A stretch of DNA of 64,000 bases, taken from the NCBI GenBank assembly GCA_951406725.2, contig OX597825.1, positions 40,238,001-40,302,000 on the forward strand. The letters run 5' to 3'. The notes beneath the pieces were generated by a model. The model made no database searches. It was not told where the DNA came from and was given only the letters and a program-made list of their open reading frames with translations. The first letter of the stretch is position 1. Every line of letters starts with the position of its first letter. This DNA comes from Octopus vulgaris (Eukaryota). Positions 39,511 through 53,558 of this stretch are shown here, piece after piece. The position numbers and the translations under genes were made by a program.

Positions 39511-40780
39511 GTGAAGTTATTTTTGTCTGTTCTTCATCAGTCAGATATTCTGTGGAATTACTTTTTCTGTTCACTTCTCAGATATTCTGAGAAATCATTT
39601 TTGTCAGTTATTTTGCGAGATATTCTGTGAAATTATTTTGGTCTGTTCTTTTCTCAGATTTTTTTTTTACCTTTTCTCAGATATAGTGTAAAATCATTTT
39701 TATCGGTTCTTTTTTCAGATATTCTGTGAACTTATTTTTTCTAGTCTTTTATCAGATATTGTGCAAAATCATTTTAGTCATTTCTTTTGTCAGATATTCT
39801 GTGAAATTATTTTCGTCTGTTCTTTTTTCAATTATCGCGTAAAATTATTTTTATCGGTTCTTTTGTCAGATATTGTGTGAAATTATTTTGGTCTGTTCCT
39901 TTTTTCAGATATAGTGTGAAACTTATTTTTCTGATCTTCTTTCAGATATCGTGTGAAATTATGTTTTTTCTTATTCTTCTTCAGATATTGTTAGAAATTG
40001 CTTTTTATCCCTTTTCAGATAGCGTGTGAAATTATTTATTTCTGACTATTTTCAGATATTGCGTGAAATTATTCTGGTCCGTTATTTTACGGTTATTCTG
40101 TGAAATTTCTTTCTATTTTTTTTTTTTTAGATATTATGTGATATTACTTCAGTCTCTTTTTTTTTCAGATATTACGAGAAATTAATTTTGTCTGTTCTTG
40201 TTTCAGATATTCTGTGAAATTATTTTTGTCTGTTCTTTTTGCGAGATATTCTGTGAAATCTTGTTTTTTCCGATATATTTTTAGATATTCTCTGAAATTA
40301 TTTTTTCTGTTCTTTTCTCAGATATTCTTTGCAATTATTTTTTGTGTTCTTTTTTCAGATATTCTGTGATTTTTTTTTCTTTCTTCAGATATTCTCTGAA
40401 ATTATTTTTGTCTTTTCTTTTAAAAGATATTCTGTGAAATTCGGTTCGTTTTTCAGATATTCCGTGAAAATACTTTTGTCTTTTCTTTCTTCAGTTATTC
40501 TGTGAAATTATTTTTGTGTGTTCTTTCTTCAGGCATTCTGTGAAATTATCTTTTTGTTTTTTCCAGATATTCTATGAAATCATTTTTGTATGTTCTTTTT
40601 TCCTGATATTTGTGAATTTGTTTTTTCAGATAGTCTGTGAAATTATTTTGGTCTGTTCTTTTTCAAGTATTCTATGAAATTATGTTTTTCTGTTCTTCTT
40701 GCAGATAATCACTCTATTTTTTCAGATGTTCTGTTTTTAGATATAGTCTGAAATGATTTCTGTTGTTTTTCATGATAATC
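39511..40780 (+). repeat. ~37-bp minisatellite (~35 diverged copies) in the piggyBac 5' region
   Basis: Unit TCAGATATTCTGTGAAATTATTTTTGTCTGTTCTTTTT. Confidence 0.93.
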
Positions 40781-40804
40781 TGAATACCAATTCATATATT
40801 TCAA

Positions 40805-42421
40805 ATGGCTATCCCTAAATCAATGGCAAAAGAACCATTGTTGATACACCATACAAGGTTTTAGCATCATATTGTGATTCCGATAGTAACATATCTGATA
40901 TAATAGTAAATAATGATGTTGAAGAACGAAATGAATATTTTAGTGACGGTTATAGTACTGATATGTAGCAAAGATAAATGTAGTGTATGGCTCCTGAACC
41001 TCCTAAACACAGACCAAATGTTCGCCAAAATATGCTTCATGAAGGTGGAGGTGCTCATGTAGCAGTACCTTCCCATACTGGTTTGCTACGTTTAGTTTTT
41101 TTTTCTCCCGCATGAAATAATGGAACATATAACCGAAGCAACGAATCAAAAAGTGAAATGTTTTCTACGCTGAAAATTGGAAAGTAGTAGATTATATTGA
41201 AATAATGGAATAGATACTCCATCATCTCAGAGCTACTTTGGGCAATGATGCCTTTAGTCTATTTGATGAACTATTTAGCATAAAGAAAGGCCCACCAATT
41301 TATCAAAGAAGTGAAAAGATCCATAAAATTTGATGACATATCTGCAGGTGCAGCTCGAATAAATTATGTTTATGAAGTTTGGCAGAGGTTTATTGAGTCA
41401 TGCCAAATAAATTTAAAAGCTGGCATTTTTGTAATTATTAATTAATCTCTTTTTTCCTTCGGAGGAAAATGTTCATTCAAAGTGTACATACCATCAAAAC
41501 CGAGTAGATATGGAATAAAAGTTTGGTCTATGGTTGATGCTAGTAACGCTTACCTTCTAAAAATGCATAGAGACAGGTCCAAAACGACAACAAGCTAAAA
41601 GAGTTGTTCGGGATCTCAGCAAAATTATTCTAAACTCAGGTAGAAATATTACATGTGGCAACTTTTTTTACTGATGTTAGTCTTGCATTAGAACTACATA
41701 CAAAACATATAAAGATCTGAGGTAGTGTCAGAATGAATAAGCGTGAACTACCTCTATCATTCCAAGACTCTCGGCTCGTCAACATTTTCAACAAAGTCCG
41801 GTTCCTGGAAAGAACATCATCTTATTATATGCAGTTGCGTTTTAAAAGTAATAAAGGTAGCTATCTTACTGTGCATTATAACAACAAAATACAAGAAAAT
41901 GACCGTTTTAAACCGGATATGTCAATAGACTATAATGCAACTAAATATGGTGTGGATACATTAGGCTGATTAGTCAATGATTACTCATGTAAATGCATAA
42001 CAAATATATGGCCTTTAGTTATTTTCTACTGGATGCGTGATGTCACAGCATATATTTCTGCTGTTTGTGTCTTGAAAAAAACATGATGTATATAGAGGAC
42101 ACCAAAAGCGTTGGCACTTCCATTCAGACTTGTCTGAACAACTTTGCAAACCGCAAATCCAACGACATTTCTTGTAAGAATGCACACAATTACCAAGAAA
42201 TATTGTGGCGTGCATGCAAACCTTTGAGAGTAGCGAAACAATAGGACCATGCCAGTATCAACCCCAAGAAAATCCGAAAAGTACATTGTAAAAAGTGTCC
42301 AAGAAAGCTTGACAAGAAAACAAAGAAAACTTACACAGTTAAGAAAATTTATTGAACCTATTTGTAATACCCATTTTAACTTTGCTTGTAATGTTTGTGC
42401 CCCACGTTCTGATGAACCATA
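40805..42421 (+). pseudogene. piggyBac transposase pseudogene
   Basis: KVYIPSKPSRYGIKVW, GRNITCGNFF, MNKRELP, KPDMSIDYNATKYGVDTL, WPLVIF, C-terminal Cys-rich domain; many stops and frameshifts. Confidence 0.9.
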
Positions 42422-42762
42422 AATCAATATTCTTCGTATTTGTACTGGCGTGAATCGATATACTAAATAACTTTGTTATATGTATAGTTCATAAAACTAT
42501 AAAAAATGTTGATTTCTTTCAATAAAGGTATTTTTCATTCAATAAATTATATTTTAATTCCCCTCCATTAAACGCTAATAATTACAAATATATACCTCTA
42601 AGGTGCTAAATTTCATGTTCTGTATCATGCACTAACAGATATATACAAGGTTTTAAAAATATTAGCTTATGGATATTGCGGAAATCCGCAAAAATAAAGT
42701 GATGCGCTGGGAGCCAAAAAGACTTTCGTGTAATCCAACCCCACCAGCTCGCGAAGGGTTAA

Positions 42763-43040
42763 TTCAGTTCGAACGATGAGGAGATAACTACTCCGAAATT
42801 CTGGCATCTCAGTCTAGGTAGATGGCGCGCTGCGAGCTGATTTAGGTGTATACACACCATTTGTAAAGAAGCGAGATATATTCTCCGTGACAAAACGTAG
42901 TGAGTAGGTTGTTTCCCAATTCGAACGTGCATCAAGCATATTCGGTCTCACAATAACATTGCAATTGTACCTATCTCTGCTGAGCACTCCCCTTTCGTAA
43001 GTTCTATAGCGTACAACTGAATGCGGGGATAATTCGGCAA
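42763..43040 (+). mobile_element. Old RTE-like RT remnant, possibly the target of the piggyBac
   Basis: LSLGRWRA, RDIFS.D, FERASSIFGLTI resemble RTE RT motifs FNL.RLRA / LFADD / FGLTI. Confidence 0.45.
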
Positions 43041-46000
43041 CGCCCATATACCTGTTGCTATACTATGACACACGTGGCAAACAACTCCCCCGTACACACG
43101 TCTGTGTGTGTGTACCTATGTTTAAAGCCCGTGTATATGCATAAAACAATTTCACTCACAATCCCGGGTGAAAGTTATTGACTTTATTGATAGTCTGCGC
43201 CGTACTTTCCTCAATTACTTTGCAGTAGCAATGTAGTTATGAGAGAGAGCAAATGCCACCTCACATCCCCTACACATTTTCGTGTTAAACTACAAAGAAC
43301 ATATATGCTGGAGGGAGAAAGCACTGAGTGCAATGTCACCAACCTCCTGCTCCTCATTTCCGGTTGAGTAGACAGGGTAAGCTGAAATAAAATATCCTGC
43401 TGAAGAACTTAACGCATTGGACATGACGATAAGTCACACACATAAAATACGATGTTGAGACAAAGATCTATGTCACTCGGTCTCAGATATACATGAAAAT
43501 ATACTATTTCTTATTTCTGTATTTGTATGAACGTATAATATATATGTAGGCATATGCATGCTTAGTTTCGCTTACGTCAGTCTCTACATTATTCATGCTT
43601 GTCTTCAGTTTATATGTAGAAATAGAGTAGTTTACATGAACGATGTTTTTATTTCCCTCTTTGATGTACTTGAACATAAACAACTGATTTTGTGAAAGAA
43701 AAATTCCATTTAAAGCAACTGCAGAAACATTTACATGTATTTAAAGCATTAAATATTTATTAAACATATTCACCACATGTTTATTGTATCTATTTTCCTA
43801 CTATATTTGCAAATATATGTTTTTATTTATATTTACCATGAAAACCATTGTGAGCCGAAAGCACCTTAAACGATCTTGAAATTGCATTCTCCGGATAGCA
43901 TAGTTGGCAATATTTAAATTTTTATTTTTATACATCTTGGAAATATGTAACTGTTGGGCACTGTTAATTTATTGTTTTCTACATTTTGGAGAAGGTACTC
44001 ACTGTTCAAATGTTCCTTTCGATTATTAAACTATATATTTGTAAATATACCAAGTATGAATGTTTGTAGATATCCAAGCATTGCCTTCTAAATGGTACTT
44101 GGGGTTATTAAGTAGACTAATATTTACAATCAGGTCTTTTGTTTATCTACTAATTCTTTTGCTTGTGTAAATTTCCTCAACAATGTGTTGTCGGCTTTTG
44201 CTGTTAACATTGAAAGTGTAATTTCTCTGCCCTTTTTTACTAAGCCAACATTAACTCTCTTGTGCTATAGAAGGCAATACTCAGTTCAATTCTCATTTAG
44301 TTGTTCATTGTAGCAGCTGAGGCAGGTATTTTTCATTCGATGTTTTTTCCGGACAATACATAATAGAATGTGAAATCGCCAACATTGTTGTTAAGGTTCA
44401 CATTAATAGCAGACGATAGGGTCTTAAGTGACACTCCTGGAAAGTCATTATTAAGTTATCGAATAATATCGTCCTCTACTAAATCAATTCTTTCTTTTAG
44501 TGTGTCTTTTAGTCTTGACGTATTCCTACATTTCCTCCCATTAAACATCAACTGTGATTGTCTGCTAAAGCGAGTTTATTTTAATATAGTAGGTACAAAT
44601 ATTTTTGTAAAACTTCTATTCCATAAATATTTGTGTAAAATATTATTTTATCATTTGAATAAGTACTATGTTGACTATGTTTTACTACATTCATATTTAA
44701 CGTAACTTAACGCACATAGGCATAGCTCGAGTACGTCATAAATTTGTTTTATTTCTATACATACATAGTTTAATTTTTTCGTTACTGGTAGGATCGACAA
44801 AATGTGTTCAAGCTAGTGAGAAATAAAAAAAACATTTAATATACAAAAAATTTTTAAATAAGCTACTAACAGTTTCATGCGATACACAGACAATAATTTG
44901 GCAGATTCATATAACATGCCCTGTGTCTCCAAGAAAACCTTTTGTTTTGGTATATACTGTAGGTCCTATTTGAAAACCAGAACACCTGTTTATGAGATGG
45001 TATGAAATTAAAAAAACGAGACTTTTGATGCGAAATTGGAACTAAAAGAAGGAAAAGAAAATTAAAACAATGCTCCGTGTCCCTTTAACCTTCTGAAATC
45101 GTAATTAATCTATTTGGTGTTGCGTAAGATAACAGAGAGAAAGCCAAAATCAGTGGGAGAGTCGCTCAATCTAGATAAGTAGTATTCCCCAATTCGGCGT
45201 AAGAAATTTGTCAATGTGATTTCATTTGATAAACTTTTCTAACTGGATATGTCCCCGCTCTCCGGATTGAGTACTTATGTCACAGATTTGTTCCTTATGG
45301 GGTACGTTCAAGTGTCTCACCTTTTCCATCGTTTTTGTTTTCAATTGCACTACGATTCAAGATAATTTATAGTTTGTAATCGGCAGTCTGCTCTCCACTA
45401 ACGGCATTAATTCAAATATCGTGAATATTTGGCTATTTACGATTATATTTTCTGCGATAAGTGTTTTCCATAAATGCACCATTCTTTTGAACTGACATTC
45501 AGCAAGTAGTAAGTGCACCATGGACATGCAATTTTACTATCTTATTAAAATGATTCACAAGAGATTTTAGCAAATTAAGTAATTTCTGCCACTTTGCGAG
45601 CCAATATCTTAAGAGACGAAAATTGTATTATAATTGATTAAGATAGTGTGATATCGATATTTTCCCTATATGCATTTACTAAGTGCCAAACAGGTATTAC
45701 AGGTGTAAGGAAAACTTTTGGAGGCTGCATTATTTGACTTGTAAATTCCATACTAGTTTTGCATTCATTTCCGCGAGTTGAAAAATGTTCTTAATGACAT
45801 TAACGGTATGTGCTGCTATCTACCGTTGAATCTCAAATGATATCCTTTATCGTGAAATATGCATGAAACCGATTAAGAGAGATACTTTACATACATTTCA
45901 AATAGGAAGCAGAACTGACTCAGTAAGAATACTTTCAATTATCAATGGCACGCGAAGTTATGTGATGTAAGTGAATATTTGAAGGATAAATGAACAATCA

Positions 46001-47503
46001 TATATCCAGTAATAAAACACGAGTCGTGGGCATTCTTGCATTTAATGAAGAACTTACCCACTTTTGCAAAGAATAACTACGAAATTGCAGCCAGCTGGAA
46101 GCTGATAGCTACCGTTTCCGAACTCGTTAATTTTTTTCTATGCCTACACATTCAAATCGAAAATAAGCGCTGCTCTCAGGCAGTTGTACACGTTTCCTCT
46201 GAAGAAGAATAACGCAAAGTAACACTATGCGTGAACTTCAAACATCATGGAAGCTCTACTAGGAGCTCGTTAATTGGGAGTGACCAGCATATGTACATAC
46301 ACACATGTAAGATAGCATGTATGTGTATTTCTGAATGTCATGTTATTATCATACTGTGGTTATTACTTCTTTCATATAAGGAATATTTTTTAATCCTGTC
46401 TGAATATATTTTGCATCAGCAAGTCACACTTAAATTACGACTTGAGCAATCTACAATATAGTCCAAGACTTATAATGACCCTTGTGCGAAGGTAATTATC
46501 TTTTAAATTCAAGTTATATGTAAGCGATCATCTCCTATAGGAACTTGTCCATATCAGCATACATATATCTGTGCGCGTATGTATGTATCTTCATCAGTTA
46601 AAATGGAATTGTGAGGAAAGATTTTCCGACTAACTTCGTCCAAATTCATTCGTTTGATAAAAAGACATTCCAAGACCATTGTTCATGCAGAATAATGCAC
46701 TTTAAATCTCGTTATTTTCAGCTTGCCATCTATGTAATCGATTTTCCTCAATAAGTACCTAAGCTTCAATATTAAATTAATTGCAGTTCTTAAAATCCTG
46801 CAACCATTTGCATCATAAATTTATCTGAATGGATATCTGCCTAATATTCAGTTGTCAAATAATATAGCAATAAGAGTAGTCAGATCATTTTGAACAGTAT
46901 TATATTCTTAAACATGGTGTAGTGTAACTAGCTGCGACAGATCACCTGACCAAGAAATCTGTAGCAATACTTAGGTTCATTATTTTTCTTATATATGACT
47001 CATGATTTTGTGCAAGTTATAAGTTATAGACCGACCAGACAATGAATCTTAAGATATAATTGCATAGTATTTCACTATATTATACGCATTTTTCAATTGT
47101 ATCTGCAACATAAAACAAATGCATGTTAATGCTATACAAACGCATGAAAAAATATGTATACATCGCATGTTTTTATATAATTGTTTGTTTAAAATATTTT
47201 GTAAATGTGCAAAATCATATGATAACTGTTAGATGCACTCTGTAGATAAATAAATTGAACTACGAGGAACAAATAAAATACGTACTAAAATATGCATTTT
47301 AAAACTTTATAAAAAATTATCTAAGTGTTATACAACCGGGTAAGGTATATCCTACTGTTCCGTGAGCGTTCACCATTCTACTTTTCATAATTAGAGAGAA
47401 AAAAGAGAAAGTAGACAGCTGGTATGGTGAAACAGAAGAAACATGCAGTAACAAATTAGAAATGTGATTTTTTTCTGGAAAAAAAGAAAGAAAACTTTAT
47501 TTT

Positions 47504-47907
47504 ATGCGTCTGGCGTTGTTCTGTGGTAAGAAACTTGCTTCCCAACCACACAGTTGCGGCTTCAGTCCCACTGAGTGGTATATTGGGCTAGAGTCTCCTT
47601 CTATAGCCTCGGATCAACCAAAGCCTCGTGAGTGGATTTGGTAGACGGAAACTGAAAGAAGCCCGTCCTATATCTGTGTGTGTGTGTGTATCTTTGTTCT
47701 TGTGTTTGTCCCACTATTACCATTTCACAACCAGTGTTGGTGTGTTTTCGTCCTCGTAACTTAGCGGTTCAGCAATATATACTTATAGAATAAGAATTAG
47801 GACTTAGAAATAAGTCCTGGGGTCGGTTTTCTCGACTAAAACACCACAAGGTAGTGCTCCAGCATGGACACAATCAAATGACTGAAACAAAAGAATAAAA
47901 GAATAAA
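47504..47907 (+). mobile_element. SINE family A
   Basis: GTGGTAAGAAACTTGC..TTCAGTCCCACTG; GGATTTGGTAGACGGAAACTGAAAGAAGCCCGTC; GCTCCAGCATGG; ACTGAAAC tail. Confidence 0.88.
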
Positions 47908-48002
47908 GTATGTGCACATATGCATGCACACAAACAAACATACATATATACACAGTTTCACTCAGACGTGCGCGCATACATATATATATGTGTGAATGTA
48001 TG

Positions 48003-48099
<97 letters not shown>

Positions 48100-48100
<1 letters not shown>

Positions 48101-49156
48101 GGGTGCGTTGAATAAACTGTGTCTCAATTACGTATAAATGAAAATAACACTGATATCTCATTTTAGAAGATATATCTATCAAAATTATGTTAAACTATCT
48201 AGAATTACAAAACAGCAACTTTATTCAAGAAAATCTCCGTTGGCCTCTTCCACGGCCTCCAGACGACTTCGGAATCTCCTGCAACTCTTCTGCGTGGTCA
48301 CTTTGTTTAAGCTGGAGAATCCTGCATTTAATCCTTGCCTTCATTTCATGTTTTGTGTTAGAAGGAATTTTGTTGGTCTCTGTATCAATTGTGCCCCACA
48401 CATAATAATGGACGAGGTTGCAGACTAGGATGTTAGGTGGCCAGTTGTTAGGGGCGATGTGGTCAGAGAAATTGTCTGACAGCTATGACTGAGTATTTCT
48501 GCTTTTGTGGCATGATTGAGAGTCCTATTGCCGGACAAAGGGTCTTCCAGCCATCTGGAAGCCATCTACTCGCAACACCAGAGGGCGCACACTCTCCTAC
48601 CCTGATGTAATCTCCAGGGATACAGGCATCCAGCAACAGGACCTCCGTAATGCTATGATGGACCGTGAAGTCTGGCGCAACATGGTAAATTCCATTGTCT
48701 CGACCACGGTCGAACAATGATGAATGATGATGAGCAGCCATCCTCTTGAACCAGGGCAGTACTACTTCCTCCAGGCACTGGAAATAGGCCTCCGTGTTGA
48801 GTGTGAAGCTGTGTAGGAAGTCAAATGAAGGTATAACGTTGCCATCACTCCAAACACCATGATGTTGACTGTATGTTTGATATGTATCACAAGTAGTACA
48901 TGCTCTCAATTTGCACTGTCCTCAGATGGATACACAAACACTCTGGAATGTGTGTACTGGAGATACCGGCGCGTATGCCAGGCAGTACATCGTGTCACTT
49001 CCAAATTTCTGGAAGACTGAATTACTTCATGGTGCTGTTTTTCTCACAAGCGATGCCCACCTGATCCTACTATACTTCGTAGCCGATAAAATCAAAAACA
49101 AACAATGCGCGAAATTAACAAATATAAAATGGCGACATTTTACCTAGCGTAGCCTG
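48100..49156 (-). mobile_element. Tc1/mariner (maT/DD37D-like) transposon remnant
   Basis: Minus strand: SDGNVIP, LEEVVLPW, AGRPFVRQ*DS, WPPN..CN..YYVWG, CRRFRSRLEAVEEANGDFLE*; rough TIRs; abuts (TA)n. Confidence 0.85.
48556..48734 (+). mobile_element. 3' stub of RTE-type LINE with (GAT)n tail, nested in the Tc1-like element
   Basis: GRTLSYPDVISRDTG..DLRNAMMDREVWR; CAGCCATC duplicated at 48548 and 48735. Confidence 0.8.
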
Positions 49157-49669
49157 TTTTGTTGTAAAGTGGTCTTTTGCCACTATTGTATCTGTCTTTT
49201 GACGACGGATTGTCGCTCTGTCAGATATTGTTATATTCTGTAGTCGTCGATAGAATGCTTCTATCTGGCTCTGTACGACCCAAAATCGTACAATGTTATC
49301 CTCAAAAGGTTGTATCGATATAACGTCCACAGAGTATCACAGTATAATTACTATATCAGCACAGACACGGCTATCAACACAGTCTACACATTGTCTCGAC
49401 CTTTTGACCTTCCTGTCGACCGGCTACTGGTATATTTATAATGGATATACTAACACTTTTTACCGGGAGGCGTGTATATACATGAGTTTGTGTGAGCAAT
49501 ATCTATTTATCAGCCGAAGAAACACAACTGCAACGTTGGGAGCTCCTGAAACAATTGTAGTGAGTAATAGAAATTGTCGTATATGTCATCTTCTGTGTCT
49601 CATTCACCATAAATGTGTGTGTGCGCGCCTATGTATTTATGTATGTATATATATTTGTTTAGATATTCA

Positions 49670-50155
49670 TAAATGAGGGTGAAAGATTAGATATTAATTT
49701 AATAATGCTATCATTTTAACACCAAGTGGCCTAGGACATAAAAAACCAGGGAGACAATACAAATTTATACGTAAATATAAGAGAGTTACCGTTAAGTGGT
49801 TAACTCTAGTGCTAGAAATAGCTCCTTATTCTGGTATAGCCACTATGTATGCAACTATGTATGCAATCGATTGGACCGCATGGGTATTTATCGCCCGTGA
49901 TGGTCTAATAAATTGTATCGAAAAGAAATGCTGCTGATGATTTATAGATAAATATGTGAGTATAATTGCATATTATGTTGATAAAGTAACAATTGCTCAG
50001 CATTAATTTATCTTTTCGTTGTATTTCGCTTTCCATACGTTGAAGGTAATGTTATTTCTTTTGTGGAAACTATTTCGGTGGCTATACCAGAATAAGGAGC
50101 TATTTCTAGCACTAGAGTTAACCACTTAACGGTAACTCTCTTAAATTTACGTATA
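49670..50155. mobile_element. ORF-less fold-back element: 78-bp inverted arms (49766-49843 / 50078-50155) around a degenerate hammerhead
   Basis: Arms differ at one position; AATGCTG-CTGATGA-TTTAT...ATAAA-GTAAC-AATT-GCT-CAGCATT at 49927-50004. Confidence 0.75.
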
Positions 50156-50959
50156 TGTTTATATATGTATATAAGTGTGCGTTAGTGCATGTGTGTGTGC
50201 GCATGCGTGCGTGCGTGTTTGTGCATGTATCCTCCATTTACAGAAACGAAGTTTTACTTCAACGTGTTTATAATGTATCCTTCGCAGGCATTAAAGCTTG
50301 AAGAGAGCGCTTAACATTTCTTTGTTTATGCATACAAACACATACACACACTCACACACACACACACGGACGCACATACACACATACGCACAAACATACA
50401 TGCACACACGTGAACACTCATGCACAAATATAAATGTGCATACACACTCATACAAAATGAAACAAAGTAAGTATTAAATAATAACAAGTGAATACGTCGA
50501 TAATTGTTCAGCGTAATAAACACCTCTAACAGGATGTCCTGTTCGAAATTATATATTTCTGTATTGGTTATAACTACTATGTGACAGGTGAAATCTGTAA
50601 ATCCGAAGTTCACCACCGATTAATAATTCGGTGCATGTATGACAGAATATATCAGTAATGAAATAAACAATGGAGATTTATAGTCATGTGATACTTTATT
50701 TACTTACATGTGCTTCAGATATTTCACTGAGCTGCATTCATTACTGTGGTTTGCTACTGAATCGATCCATTATCCGAACAATTTGTCAAAGACTTTTGCG
50801 ACATTCAACTATCGAACAAATCTCCTCGGAGTCTTTGGAATATTTTTCTGATTTATTTTAGAATATATACACAATCAAATCGTGTGGGAAGGGCGTAGCT
50901 GAAAATAAGTGCATCATGTTTCCTCCTATTGCTTGCTATATTACTATATAGTAGGTTCT

Positions 50960-51160
50960 AACTCTTTAAGAGTAATATTGCTATTAGTTACTAGTAAAGT
51001 AATGTTTATTGGAAAAACGTTAAGGATAGAAGCTCTTAATATCCATATTAATAGTTACTCGGGGCAAGTTACGGACCTCGTGTGCATGCATATTTTACAC
51101 CGAATCAGTAAAGAATTCCAAAGGAAGCTGGTGTCTCTACTGGGATGACATTTTTTGTTT
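50960..51160 (+). mobile_element. Old Naiad-type RT remnant
   Basis: SYSGQVTDLVCMHILHRISKEF..LYWDD aligns with GSPDSAEVTDLVGMYLL..LYRDD of the 16-kb copy. Confidence 0.6.
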
Positions 51161-51929
51161 TCACAGTTTACAAATTTTGTTATGTAGCACAAGAAAGAAA
51201 TAGAAACTTTTTGTCAAAAAAATAAATCTACCCTGTATGTCATTGGAGAAATAATAACTCAAAATGCAATAGATATTGATCTACAATTAAAAAACATCTA
51301 TAGTTTTATGTAATTAATTATCATTTTTAATGATAATACTTCATATCAGTTTAGAGTCAGCTTTGGTTTTCTCCTTCTTGCTTAAGAAGCAATATCATTT
51401 TTAAATTAATGCAATTGTTATTCTCTTATTTAGCATATTCCCATTTACACCTATATGAATTTGCTCTTATAAAGTGTACCGAGAGAGTTGATTATATCTA
51501 CATACTTACAATTGAAACTTAACAGTATATAACACAAGATTGGCAGTAATGAGAACAGAGATCTTCCAGTCAATATTTTTCCAGATTACCAGATGAATCA
51601 CGTATTCTTTTGTAACCGGTGTGATTGAAACTAAAAGGGATTTAGCTGCCATTTCATCAAATTCAAGCGTTTCTGAAAGAACAGTTTCCCATAGCCTGGT
51701 TCGTCTGGTTCGTCGCTACTTCATAAGTTAGTGTCTTCTCCCGTGAGCTATGTTCAAACTTTTAGCGGCTGCAGTACAGAATATGTAATTACTTTTCAGA
51801 TTTGTGTAAAATGTGCCCGGAAGTTAATCCACATCTTGTGTCAAATCGATATTGGTAAGGTCACATGACGTATTAGAAGTGTTCTCAATATTCAATGGCT
51901 ACACGTGTGAGTTGATTTCTGGAGATTAA

Positions 51930-51932
51930 TCA

Positions 51933-52022
<90 letters not shown>

Positions 52023-52023
52023 A

Positions 52024-52067
<44 letters not shown>
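51930..52067. repeat. (TATC)n followed by (TA)n microsatellite
   Basis: Directly visible. Confidence 0.97.
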
Positions 52068-52069
<2 letters not shown>

Positions 52070-53558
52070 AAATATAAACATTATAGTAAGATACTAGATT
52101 TTTAATGACTGCCGTTTGTTTTGAATGCAGTCTGCAGCATTTCGTCTTACACATGTTCAAACGTTCATAAATGCAAAAGCCACGTGCGAATGAGCTACAT
52201 GCGATTTCTTCAGTTATATGAAGCTTCTTCGAACAACATATTTTAGATACACGCATTATGGAATACATATCTTTGTGAATAACTCACTATATAATGATAT
52301 TAACGAGCTCTCTATAGAACATGTTTGACCATATAATATCTAGGTAGTTTTTGCCCTCACATTACACACAAGCACAAATAAAAACAAATGAACAATTTTT
52401 TTTCTTTATTTACTTCTGTATTTCCTGTATAAAATATCTTAAATTAACAAATATGTATTTAGTGATCATCCCTCTATTTCGGCGATATGTGTACTGTACA
52501 ATTCATTAATAGATTATCTCTCTAATAATCGAAAGACGTATAAGCATGCCGTGTATTCTTCAAACAAATCAACGTGCCACTGTGTAGTTTACAGATACAT
52601 AATATATTTTGCATCTCTAAATGTGTCCCCCCACATTGTCTCTCTTAAGTCACTCTCAAGATTTGGTGAAAAGACAAAAACTAGCGCACACTTACATTCA
52701 GTTGGATTTACTCTGGTTGTTCGAAGCAGATATCGTAATAAATCTATATGCCAGTGCCACTATTTCATGTAACATTGCAAAATCACTAACACAAATAAGT
52801 CCTAAATATTTTACACAGAGGAAATGACTCATAATTTAATTATATAAAAAGCAACACAAATCACAGATATAGCATTCAGTGGGGGTGATAAAGCTTTCTA
52901 AAGCAAAGATATGCTGATTCGACTGCACGTTATAATTCTGAGCAATCACGGTAATCCATTTGAAAGCTTGAGAAAAGCAGTGATTTTATAACTCTAATTA
53001 AATTCGACAGAGATATAATTAAAATATTTCCACATTTATTACAAGGATACATTATATGACACATTATACATACCAAATTAATGATCTTGATTATTTCTAA
53101 AGTAATGAGTGTCAGTGTTCAACCTTGTAACTACAATTTCTGTTTCCCATTAAAACGCGTTGTATTCCACATGGTTATACAAAAGATTAAAGGCAACGTT
53201 TGAAGAAATTAAAGGAATTTATTTATTTTATTTGATATTTCAGGTTTTTCGAATAATTTTTAGTGAGGCATTCTTAAAAAGGAATTTAAATTTAAGTGTG
53301 TATCGCTAAAATCAATTTTCATGTGATGCGTCCAACCAAAAACACCTGCAGTATATGACAAATACCTTGTCCACCCGTGACATATTCCACTATTTCTGAG
53401 CCTAAGTGGAGAAGAAATATTCCTAATCATATAATTCTCAAGAAATACGGAGCAGTTTTAATATTAATTATTTCAACAAGCAAAGTTGCTTGTTAGAAAT
53501 CTCTATAAGAGATTAAATTAATAATTCTACTGGGAAGCTGTTAATCGGCAACTCAATA

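Larger units (their letters stand above)
39311..42758 (+). mobile_element. piggyBac transposon, both ends present, decayed transposase
   Basis: TTAA at 39307-39310 and 42759-42762; TIRs CGGTTCGTGGGCTGGTGG / CCACCAGCTCGCGAAGGG (14/18 match). Confidence 0.9.

Noticed and set aside
39511-40780. CRISPR-like array
   Set aside because: No unique spacers, eukaryotic context, no cas genes; it is a tandem minisatellite
44060-45350. Possible old RT or mariner remnants on the minus strand
   Set aside because: Only vague motif resemblance; needs a profile-HMM search
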